A stretch of DNA of 64,000 nt, taken from assembly GCA_964247055.1 (NCBI GenBank), contig OZ176052.1, positions 12,090,001-12,154,000 on the forward strand, given 5' to 3'. Positions within the stretch are counted from its first letter, which is position 1; each line of letters begins with the position of its first letter. Below the pieces are notes generated by a model that was given only the letters and a program-made list of their open reading frames with translations, was not told the DNA's origin and searched no databases. Both the position numbers and the translations under genes were made by a program. This DNA is from Paragordius varius (Eukaryota > Animalia > Nematomorpha). Positions 52,671 through 64,000 of this stretch are shown piece by piece.

Positions 52671-53250
52671 AACAGGTTATTTTTTTGTCTACATCGTGGC
52701 GATTTAGGTCGTAGTGCTATAAAATATATATTTCATCAGGTTTATTGTTTTGTGGATAATGCATTATTAAGTAAAATATCCATATTCGCAAAAATCTTAT
52801 TTTTTATCAAAATTTAGCATAATATAAATTTGATTAGGCGCAATTAGCATTTCTGTGGTTATTTAAGGAGATTTTCCACATAGGCCAGAATTTTTTAATA
52901 CTTTCTGAGCCTAAATCTGAAAAACTAAAATTTAATAATTTTGTTCTGTTTTATGTATTTTAGTCATATTTTGGAATGAAGCATTTAGCTTTGGCCAAAA
53001 ATTTTTTAGCAACTACGAAAAATTTGCCATTTTCTTAAATGAAACAATTATCACAAAAGTGTCAAAATCTTGCTTATTAATTACCAACTACCAAAACCAA
53101 AAGTATAATAATTTGAAAAAACGAATATATATTTAAAGATATTTTTCGGACACTGTGTTATTGGATTTATAATAAATACCCATTTCCGATTTTGAAAATA
53201 GTAGCATTGTGATTATACAACATTTCAAATTTTCTATTTTAAAAAATATT
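52100..53250. repeat. Three diverged direct repeats with a period of ~360-490 bp
   Basis: Recurring AATTTTGCCATT...CCAAAA...ATAATCCTGA...CCTATCAGAATATAT blocks at ~52180, ~52530 and ~53025. Confidence 0.6.
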
Positions 53251-53329
53251 TTAATTTTATGTTAATTATTTTATTTCTTTTTCCCGCTTTTTTTTGTTTT
53301 AAATTAATATAAAATAACATTATTTTTTT

Positions 53330-53879
53330 TCTACCTTCGTTCATTACAAATCAAAACTATTCTAATTGGAGTAAATAGCCAGACTAAATATAAACCAATA
53401 TTTTTAAAAAACTACTGAAAGAAAATGCTTCTATCTCAATAAAAATTATATAATTAAGCCAAAATATCTAAAAAAATTTAATTTTGAAATAAAGTTCCAT
53501 GTCAGACTACTTCGACGCCATTTTTAATTTACAAAATTTTTCAAAATAGCGTAATCTATTAAAAGGTTATATTTAAACTAATTTTTATTACATCTAACAT
53601 TGATTGAAATAGAAAAAGTGGTTTATTTTGTAATATTTTTCAATTTAGTCAATGATGTTGCGTTGACTAAATTTTTACCTTTGAGTTTCACATCAAAATA
53701 AGTAATATCTAAATAAAGTTTTCATATATTCCGGTTTATTAATGTTATATAAGTGCAAAATTTTGCCATGGTTCCGATTCCTTCCATTTTTTTAAAGTAT
53801 TTAATTTAAAACAGACCTGGAGCATCCAGCTACCTCAATATCAATCAAAGGACTGAAATGAATGTCTTGTATCCAAGTG
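53330..53879. mobile_element. TTAA MITE, inverted relative to the array copies
   Basis: Ends GTATCCAAGTG|TTAA; reverse-complement homology to 15646-16180. An older relic lies at ~51240-51600. Confidence 0.65.
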
Positions 53880-54025
53880 TTAATATTCCGCACATATGGC
53901 TTTTAAACGACGTTAATAATATCTTATAAAAATAAAAAATTTATTATTTATAAGAACAAGGAAAAGTAAAGGGTGTAGCGTCGGAAGATGATCGGCCACC
54001 TCCCGTCAAGGCATTACCATATTAA

Positions 54026-54587
54026 CACTTCGATTCAAATTGGGGTATCTAAATACCCCAGACTAAATTTGAGTTAGGATTTTTAATAAACTACTGAAGG
54101 AAACGGCAATTTAAATTTATGCTTCTATCCTAATAAAAATTATATAAATATACCAAAATATCTAAATAAAATTTTGTTTTGAAAAAAGAAGTTCCATGTC
54201 AAACTACTTCGACGCCATTTTTATTTTAAATTTTTTTTCAAAATATCGTCTTCATTTAAATTTAAGGATAAAATTAAAGCTAATATCTTATTAAAATTCA
54301 CATAACATTGATAGATATGAGAAAAGCCGTTTATTTTGTATTATTTTTCAATTTTATCATTGCACACATGTCACGTTGACTAAATTTTTACCCTTCGGTT
54401 TTAGCTTTAAATAAGTAATATCAAGTATTTTTAAATAAATTTTTTTATATATTTCGGTTTATTTATGTTATATAAGTGCAAGATTTTTGGTTTCGATTCC
54501 TTCCATATTTTTTATTAAACAGGCCTGGGGTATTCAACTAACCCAATTTGAATTGAAGGACTAAAATGAATGTGTTGTATCCAAATG
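54026..54587. mobile_element. TTAA MITE, complete, inverted
   Basis: TTAA|CACTTCGATTCAAATTGG ... GTATCCAAATG|TTAA. Confidence 0.8.
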
Positions 54588-54656
54588 TTAATGATAGAAT
54601 AAATTTAAATATTTGTTTCACATCATTTTGTACTCGCGCAGATTAAAACAGCTGTG

Positions 54657-56307
54657 ATGAATAATCACCCAAAGCCCTTATCTGCAAAAGATAAAAAGTA
54701 AAATTTGGTTTTAATTTAGTTCCTTTGCCTATTATACTGTGCAAAAGCGTTTACCCCAAATATTAGGGAAAATTATAGATTTTGTTTCAAGAAGCTGGTA
54801 CGGTTTTAGAATAAAATATGGCAAGGTGGTCTTATATCATATAAAAATTAGGATGCAGAAGAGGATATCAATATGATTACCACATGCTTATCCAGACTCC
54901 TATACCAATTAACTACAAATAAAAGTTTGGAACCTTTGAATGATTCACATCCTGATGTTGATATGTGGAACCGTGCCTTTACTGAATTTTCTAAAACATC
55001 CCCCCTTACTTGGTTTGAAGGCCCGTGGTTGTTCATAGAACCATATCTATATCGCAAAGTTAATGAGTCATTTTTCAAAAGGTTCATCATTTAATTATGT
55101 TTAGTCAATACCTTCAATCATTTGACCCTTTTAGTGAAATTAAATACCAATCATACGTCAATGCCATTCCGGTTGTGTATCTTATCTGTGAATATCTTTA
55201 CAATTTAGAAGAAAAAGGTTGGGAAAATATTGATATAGAAGATGTTTTCCACAAAATAATGAAGGTATTTTTTATTTTTATCTGTAGGTTTCCTTATGGG
55301 GCAATAAATTTGATTTGTCTTTATCCAATATGACTGCTACACAAGCAATTGAAAATCCACTACAAAATTTAGAATCTCTAGATGGCTTTATTATGAGAAA
55401 CGATATTTCTTTTGTTTATAATCATCTTAAAAGACGTCTTGATTATTTCAAGCACGGCAAGACCGAACACGGTTATCAATCACAAAATTCACTTAAAGAT
55501 AAATATCCTGAAAAAGCTCTCGTTCATTTTATTTTGGATAATTCTGGATTCGAATTGTTTACAGATTTGATTTTAGCCTACTTTCTTATCAAAACTAATT
55601 TGGCGGATCGAATCATGCTATGGGGAAAATCAATGCCTTGGTACGTTTCAGATGCCACGGCTTTAGATCTGATAAATATTTTGAATTGGCTATCAGAACC
55701 CCAAACTGTTGAAGACGAATATGCGAATAATGAAGAAAATGTGGAAAATAAGGAACATGTATTCAATGATCTTTTGGTGGAAAAATCAAAAAATAAAACC
55801 GATGACGTCAATGAGAGTAAGAATGGGGATGATAAACCGAATGAAGGAGCAAAAAATATGGATAGACACACCCTTAGAAAACTTACCAAATATGGAAAAT
55901 GGTTTTCCGAAAAATTCAAACTGCTTATGGAAACGGACAAGTCTAACAATAAATTAATTTCTGCCATAGAATACAGAGATGATTGGTTCTGGACGTTACC
56001 TTACGATTTTGACAGGATGCCCGAAATTAACAAAGTTCTTTATGATGAATTAGCTGAAGGATATTTGTTAATATTCAAAGGTGACCTAAATTTTCGAAAA
56101 TTAGTCGGAGATTTAGATTGGCCACACACCTATTCTTTTCGGGAATCCTTACGAAGATTTCGCCCTGGGCCTCTGGTTGCAATGAGAACTAACAAAAGTG
56201 ATCTGATTGTCGGACTTAGCGAAGAAATGGACAATATCGCATGCGCTTCTTATCCCAAAGATTGGATGATATCTGGGGATTACGCAATCATAGAATTTGA
56301 TCAATAA
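54657..56307 (+). CDS. ARMT1: Damage-control phosphatase ARMT1 (DUF89), five exons
   Basis: After removing introns 54698-54719, 54826-54851, 55082-55104 and 55265-55287 the frame is continuous: SFAYYTVQKRLPQIL, PWLFIEPYLYRK, VSLWGNKFDLSL, FILDNSGFEL, PWYVSD, FWTLP and IFKGDLNFRKL. Confidence 0.95.
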
Positions 56308-56411
56308 TTTGTGATATAATTTATATTTATACTAGTCTGTAGCAAAAATTTGTGATAATAAAACAATAAATATTTTCAGGTGTTATATGGTGGTATGTTG
56401 AAACATATGCT

Positions 56412-59400
56412 ATGTATAATGTTAATCGAGTTTTTGACAATCCATTTTATCACACAAAATACAGAGAAAATATATTAGAAAAACCGTTTGGATTTTTTTC
56501 TAAAAGCTTACTCGGACATTTTGGTTGTGTAAATGCAATCGAATTCTCTAAAAACTCTTCTGGTCAACTACTAGCATCTGGTTTTAAAATAAATTTATTA
56601 TAAGGTGGTGATGATCGTCGCATTCTTTTATGGAAATTAGATGAATCATTAGAAGATAGCAATAAATCTTATGTACTATCAACTTTTCATAACAGCAATA
56701 TATTTTGTTTGGCTTTTGATTCTCAAACTTTTTCACTACTAAGTGCAGGTATATTAATAAATTTCATATCTTAGGAAATGATGATCAAGTTATACATCAC
56801 GATTTAATAAAGTATACAAATTACTTAATTTGTTCTTAGAGATACGGTTAAAAATGTATTTTTGTATGAGGATGCGATATACGGGCTTCATATGGACCCC
56901 TTTTCTGATTTTCTTTTTTGCGTGGCTTGTGAAGATGGACAGATTCTTTTAACCGATATTAGAGCAGAGAAAGGTTGTTTTTATCACACAGATACTTAAG
57001 ATTGTTACTTAAAAGTTATTATTCTTGAATCCTGGTAGTTATTAGGTTTATGTTGTGATATAACATACGGGCTCTTTAAATTTTATTCAATTATTTGGGC
57101 ATAAATTTCAGCAAATCTTTTGGTTTATTTTTCAGATATTTAATTTAGCTTATACCCCGTTCTACATATTATTTAATATTTATAGAATAGACTGTAATAT
57201 TTAAATTCTTGAATTTGTTATTGTTAAACCCAACGACTGATTACCAAATAATATTCATTACTTTATGTTTACATGATAAAGGTAAACGACATTATTTAAT
57301 TTTTCTAAAGCATTTAGGTTTGAAATTCATATAATTTTAAATATAATCCTTAGATTCTATCCGTATAGCCAGTTATCAAAGCCCTTTCCACTCCGTGCAA
57401 TATCATCCTGTTGAAAACAATATTCTACTAACTGCTAATACACGAGAAGGTATTGGACTTTGGGATATTCGTAAACCTGGCAGGTAAAAAATTAAAATTA
57501 AAACTTGACTTTGAACTTGTTGAAAAGAAAAATCAAATTACCCAAAATTTTCTTATTGTGATAATAATATTGGTGCTCTTTTGATAGTAAAAATTAAATT
57601 TTTAAAATACAAGGCATAAAAACTGATGACAAATATTTTTTTAGGGAGCCATATTTTTTAACCCTCGTTTTTTATAGGACGCAAAATCAAGAATGATATG
57701 TAAATTGGTAAACTATATAACATTTTTAATTTTAAGTGTAAAGGTTATATAAATTAATATTTAAAAAAGTTCTTACTTTAAAAATATCTGCTTTCGGTTT
57801 TCCGTTTTGCTCATATAATTTATATTTTTACTATATATTTCCACAGTTCTCTGTACAAATGTCGAACGGCTAGTCCAATCAATTGGAATTCTGGGAAATC
57901 TCTCTTTGGATATTCAAGGTGAAACAATTTATCTTTAATTATTCTGCCGGGGTCGAAAATATTAAACCTATTGTATAATTATAAAGTTAATTAAAATCAA
58001 ATCATTATTAAAATATGTTTTTGCACAAAAAAGTGGAATTTAAAAAATACATAGCATTTTTCATTCAAACTCAATATTTCTCTATCAAGCTAAATCTTTT
58101 TTAACCTCAATCTGCATTTTATCATTTATTTTAATTAACTAAAATTTTATAAACAATAATATTTAAGCATAATCACAATCTTGCAAATGAATTATATTGC
58201 ATCTAAAAATACCGCTAATGAAAATATATAAATATTTTGACGTAAAATGGCAAATTAATAAAGGTAATTATATTTAATAATTGAGGTTAATTGAAAAAGG
58301 TATAGTATACGAAAACCAATGATAAATTTAATAGTAAATTCTAGTTTGCTCAAACAAAAAATTCTTATCTAACAATAATTATTTTTTCTCCTTGGGATAG
58401 CATTTGTGCCAACGAAGCAGTTGGTAATGCAATGTGTGCCCGTTTTAATGGAGATGGAAGCTTAGTGTTAGGCCTTAGTCGAAGACTGGGACCTCGGCTT
58501 TTCAAATGCGACTTAAAAATTGGAAGTGATACGACACCTCTTATACCAATTTGTACATTTGATCATGACACTTATTACAATAGTTGTACGATGAAAAGTG
58601 CTTGTTTTGCTGGACATTCTAATCAGGTAGTATATAATAAAACGAAAATGATGGACTGCGTAACATAAATTCTGTAACACAGGTATAGTAAAAATGATTT
58701 TTCTTTTGAATTTTTAATTAATACACACTTTAATATCGTGCTGTTTTCGCATATGTGTGTTTATAATATATTTAAACTACAAACATAAAATCCATACATG
58801 ACTGTATGATAGACAGTTTTTTATTTAAGTACTGTATAGTCGTTAGAAACACTCTTAACTGTTTTTAATGTCAAACTATTACAAAAATGTCATAAAACAA
58901 TGGTAAAAATAAACTAAATTAAAAAACGATACAAAAATTTACAATATAATTTCATAAATATTAATTTTTTTTAATGTTTTGTTTTTGCAAATTATTCTTT
59001 CAAAATTAATGAGTGTAAGTTTGGTAAATTTATATATTGTTTGATTTGTATAGTTTGTAGTTTCAGGGTCAGATGACTTTAACGTTTATGTGTGGAAAAT
59101 ACCAGATAAAATACTCACTGATAATAACCAATTGCCTCCATCAGGTACTTTATACTTAGTTAAAAGATTTTTCCAAAAAAACCTTTTCTGCTATTACATT
59201 GCATTTTGCAAAATCAGAATATAGCTTTTCAAAAAATATACTTTTTTTATGATTAGATATGGTATCACAAACGCCTCATTTTATCCTTGAAGGCCATAAA
59301 TCGATCGTGAATCAAACAAGGTATGAACCTAATCGCTGTGTTTTAGTTTCTTCCGGGGTGGAAAAAATTATAAAAGTAAGTATATCGTCAAACTGATTTT

Positions 59401-62400
59401 TTTTAAAAAATTGTTATTAATTGTTTTGAAGCCTGAATTTATCTGGATACAATTATGAAATATAAAATTGAGCGTGCTACCTCCAATTTATATCATTTTT
59501 TCCGTATTTCATAACTAAAAACTATGAGTTACATAAAAATTCATCAAAAACATGGTTCTGTTAGAAAATATTCTATTCATGTTTCCCATTTATAATTATA
59601 AATTTTTTTTGTAAAAAATTTGTTTTTACCTGTACACTTTTTTACTAATATAATGTATTAGTTATGGAGCCCATTCCCTATTGGACTTAAAAAAGATAAA
59701 ATAGTGGAACGTGATAACCTTGAAAATATCGAAAATGTTTCTTGCTCAATCACAAACTCAGAACATTCTTCCCTTGATATCAATTCAAGTATGATATATT
59801 TTAAAAATAATATTTAAAATTCAACACTGTTTTTACATATAAAAAATATTTTTAAAATGGTCCTAATAAAGTTTTCCGAAAACTAGAAACGGTTTAAAAA
59901 ATAGATTACTAATTTTTATTTTAACGTCATAATTTTTTAAACTGTTTTCTATATTATGTAAAAGTTTTTTTTACAAAAAGTACTAAATATATTTAAATTT
60001 ATATTAAAATATGTTTCGGAACCAGAAACAAATTATGAGTTTCAATCTGTGATCTATATAAATTTTATTTTGACCATAATCTTTAAATCATATAAATTTG
60101 ATTCCGTTGTTTAATTTTTATCCTTATATGCCTTAATTGGCTATTAAGTTTAAAAAAAATTAAATCCTACTTTTAATTTTACATTTATTGTGAATTACTA
60201 ATATATTAACTTAAAAATAACTTTACCAGGTGTGAGAAAGCTTCTATCAATGTCTTGATTTTGCGGTTTTTTTATATTAAGGCCCTACCTTTTATATAAT
60301 AAAAATAAAATATATTAGTTCTTTATAGGATTTTTCAAGTATGCTTATCAATTTAAATATGTATTCTATTCAATTTAATAATACAAAATACATTATTATC
60401 TTATTTTTTTATTAGCAATATAAAATACGTTGAATTTTAGCATTTTATTAAATAAAATCAGGTCAATTATCTTATTAAATAAAAATTAAATAACCAAAAC
60501 AAGATATCATAAGATAACGTGTATTTGTTCAAGAAAAATATTATTTTCAGACTATTGAATTGCAATCAATTTTTAATTTTACTTTTTATGGTACTTTTGA
60601 CCAAATTTGGCAGTTAATAAAAATTTAAAGACAAATTTTTTTAAATTACATTAATATTCCTTTCCGGTTACGAAAAAGGTATTGAGTTGTATGGTAAAAT
60701 ACTTAATTTAATATATCACAATCGTAAACTAATAGGTTGTATTATAGAGGATAAATCAAAGATAAAAATATGGTGACTTTTACAGTTTAATCATTTATGC
60801 TAACCTATTCACATTATTGTTGGTGGAATACAGTAACGTGTGTTATAAACCAAATTTTGCCCATTATTAAAAAAAAGTAACGTAAGATAGGAAAAAAACT
60901 GTTTAATTTCAGCTTTTTGTTGTTGTTTTTTTCCATACACCATTGTGTTGCCAATTAACCAACTATAGTGTGAATAAGCCAACATAAATGTGCATAATGT
61001 ATGTATTTAAAAAGATGTTTTTACTCTTATGATCGAAAATTTTGGATATAGTTTGAATTTAATAAATTTTACAAGAATACAAATTATTATTTTAACATAA
61101 AATATTCCTTCTCGTTGACAATATTAACTTATAATCAACATAGTTGATAATTCGATGCGTGAAGAAAGCCGACGAGATTTCCTCCTTAACAGAGCTGTTC
61201 AAGACATTGGCGTTGAACGAGAAGACGTACAAGAAGATACTGGAATGCTTGCTTTTTTCGATTCTCTTTTACAACACGAACTGGAAAGTTCAAATTTTTT
61301 TATCAAAGCTTTTACTTACAAACACTAAGTGATCTAATAAAATATTATTGTCAACAATCAAACCGCTTAACGTGTTTAATCTTGATGGAATATTTACGTT
61401 TTTTTCATCATTGTTAGTATAATTAAAGCCAAGGTTAGATTGTTTGCAATCTATCATTTTTTCGGTTAAACATTTTAAGAATATGTTTATCATATCAATA
61501 ATTGTACAAATATTAATGGTTCTTTAATATTTTAAATTTGATCGAATACATTTTTGAATGTTACTAAAACTCTTTTTATGATTTCACAATGTTTATTAGT
61601 GTAGCTCATATTTTTATTTGTTAACATAGAACTAACTGCCTTTAACCGTATTAAGCTGTCAAATCGGTTTATAAATTCATATTATTTTTAACCTTTGTAA
61701 TGGAAAAGGACGGAATATTGCAGAAACAATTTTTGTATCCGTATATTATAAGCGAATATAAAACCGAAAAAAGATCAGTGCTACCATGCACGCTCTACAA
61801 TTTTAATTCACGGAATATTTTATATTTCTGTATAAAATTTGATTAATATAATTTTAACCTTTGTTAAAATTATTTTTTCTCTGTAAAAAATCATAATAGA
61901 TATTACATTTTTATTGAAAGGTTGGGAATCTGATAACTCCTCTCTTTCATCCATCTCACAACACAATGATGACGACTCAGATTTCGATGAATGCATTTCT
62001 TTTTTGACTGAAACAAGTCCGCCCTTGTCGTCACCTTCTGTAAGTCATCCTGTAAATACGGCAAATAATATCAACAGTAATAATAATAATGTTATTGGAG
62101 GTCAAAAACGAAAAAAGAAAAACCTGTGCAACTTTAATAGTAATAGCTTAACTGCGCATAAAACATTTAAAAATGATATTTCAACAACAACAACAACATC
62201 ATCTAGTCACCAAAATACATGTGATGATGGACACAATGCTGGAAAAAACAAGTTAGGTTCCACATCAAAAACTGGGGGTAAATGCACTTCTTTACTTTCG
62301 ATATTACCGGAACCACAAAATAGTTGTTTTGTTAAAAATGGGAAAAAATTAAGGTCTCAACCTTGTAACACACAAACACAACCAACTGCTACATCAAGTT

Positions 62401-63210
62401 CATTCACCAATCTCTTGATTTCATTCTACAAATCGCATTATGAACATTTTCAACCAATCAATATAACCGTTAAAAACGATAAAAAACTTAGCTCTCAAAA
62501 TACGAATACTTTAGACGATATGCATTCTATCAAAAGTAATCACAATTCAAAAGATTTTAAAAGAAAGTCATTTAACTCCTATCTCTATGAAACATCCAAA
62601 ACTACGCCGAGTACAAAATCCAAGGCAAGTTGTTTAATACAAAACTCTAAATGTGATTTAATGAATTCCGACGAAACTTGTGATATAAGTCCACATCCTG
62701 TTTCCAACAACAGAAAAACGCGGTTAGAATCAATGATTGTTGAGAAAAAAGCGTATGATCGTTGGAAACATAAATTTATTTATGAGTGGCCTAACCAGAC
62801 CCCTGAATCTAGAATGAGTGTTAAACACAAACAAAATTCTAATAATATTCCAACTTCCAAAAAAAGAAAATATGTTGCTCAGCAAAACGAAACAGCTACA
62901 AATGATCATATTGTTAAAGCTATACCAAATCGGCATTTAACTTTTGGTAATATATTTGTGAAACTAATATTTCTATCCTAAAATATCATGTGAATTTAAA
63001 CTAATTGTTTTATATATGATTTATAATATTTACTATATATATTCTCTTTTAGAATTACAGAAACAGGGAAGTAAATCAAAGTTTTTGAAGCTAACAGATG
63101 ATAAAATCACTTCCATACAAGAGCAAATAAATTTAGAACCGGATTCTAAGAAAATACCCGATAATTATTTCGACCAACAAAATTCTGATTCGGAAAACGA
63201 ATTAATTTAA
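56412..63210 (+). CDS. DCAF5: DDB1- and CUL4-associated factor 5 (WD40), multi-exon
   Basis: LLGHFGCVNAIEFS, ASGGDDRRILLW, HNSNIFCLAF, LWDIRKP, YYNSCTMKSACFAG, SGSDDFNVYVW, GHKSIVNQ, SSGVEKIIKLWSP and MLAFFDSLL. Exons near 56412-56580, 56605-56748, 56775-56811, 56840-56973, 57354-57483, ~58400-58626, ~59054-59145, ~59260-59375, ~59660-59788, ~61144-61290, ~61921-62948 and ~63052-63210. The late exon boundaries are approximate. Confidence 0.92.
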
Positions 63211-63398
63211 ATAATATGAATATTAATATATTTTTATATGTTCATAGAAAATTATTAATAAATTCCTATTTAACGCACACAATTTCCAAATTTAATGGTT
63301 ACTCTTTTTCAGATATTATGTTTATTTATCTTAAGGCGTTTATACACTAATTCATTTTACCATATGGTTTATCAATATACCATTTACCCTTCAAGAGT

Positions 63399-63591
63399 GT
63401 CCTTGAACAATTCAAGTTGGTCCTTGAACAATTCAAGTTGGTCCTTGAACAATTTAAGTTGGTCCTTGAACAGTTCAAGTTTGTCCTTGAACAATTCAAG
63501 TTGGTCCTTGAACAGTTCAAGTTGGTCCTCGAACAATTCAAGTTGGTCCTTGAACAGCAAGTTGGTCCTTGAACATTTCAAGTTGGTCCTT
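63399..63591. repeat. 21-bp minisatellite, about nine copies of GTCCTTGAACAATTCAAGTTG
   Basis: Direct tandem units without spacers; each unit has the internal inverted repeat CTTGAA-CAA-TTCAAG. Confidence 0.95.
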
Positions 63592-64000
63592 AAAATTTAT
63601 AAATTTTGATTTAACCATAATTTTTGCATTTATTCTTTTATTTTATTATTTATTAACCTAATTTTCATTATTTATTATATATTTATTCATTTAAAAATAA
63701 AAATTTTTATTGAAAAACCACTTTTTTGTTTCAAACTATTTTTTTTTCAATTAAACAAAATTATTGACTTTTAAATGTTTTTAATGAAAAAATTTAATTA
63801 ATAACCCAGAAAACTTATATATTTTTTCATTTCGTATCAAAACCTATAAATATCCAAAATTATTTTAAGAAATGAATAAAGATATAGGGTTTCTCAAAGA
63901 TTAAAAGTTGATATCGATTTAAATTTTATGTTATATAATAGAAAATAGGTTAAAAACAATAAAATAGATGAATTATTTACAATTTGATTGATAAAATTTA

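Noticed and set aside
60798-60984. Possible ~185-bp MITE in a DCAF5 intron
   Set aside because: The terminal inverted match is only about 17 of 24 and there is no clear TSD.
63399-63591. CRISPR array or heptad-repeat protein (ORFs 63295-63609, 63347-63541, 63384-63581)
   Set aside because: There are no spacers, the context is eukaryotic, and several frames are open only because the unit lacks stop codons.

Overview
A strongly AT-rich eukaryotic window. The 18S and GRK sequences look bilaterian, probably ecdysozoan, but I cannot fix the taxon without a search. There are three zones. (1) From 1 to about 49,400 is a tandem segmental array of four unequal units (about 197-12406, 12407-27792, 27793-36534, and 36535-49400 truncated). 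The units share a degenerate LINE, a mariner fossil and several MITEs. Units 1 and 2 also carry a decayed USP deubiquitinase gene, and units 1-3 end in an orphan multi-exon proline-rich gene on the minus strand. (2) Unit 4 is interrupted by a 9,468-bp insertion (37811-47278) with TG...CA ends and a perfect 5-bp target-site duplication (ACCAC). It is a Ty3/Gypsy element whose 5' LTR is reduced to 14 bp. The rest of that LTR, the PBS and gag are replaced by two permuted 18S rRNA fragments flanking an antisense, intronless GRK2/Gprk1 fragment. The 18S joins pol through a 28-bp fold-back hairpin. A second Gypsy element, with identical LTRs but a defective ORF, is nested in its 3' LTR. (3) From 54,657 to 63,210 are two conventional host genes, ARMT1 (DUF89) and DCAF5 (WD40), with many 22-28-nt GT-AG introns. 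The best candidates for novelty are the RNA-capturing chimeric retroelement, the ultra-short introns and a Helitron carried inside a hAT MITE. All alignments were done by eye and no searches were run.
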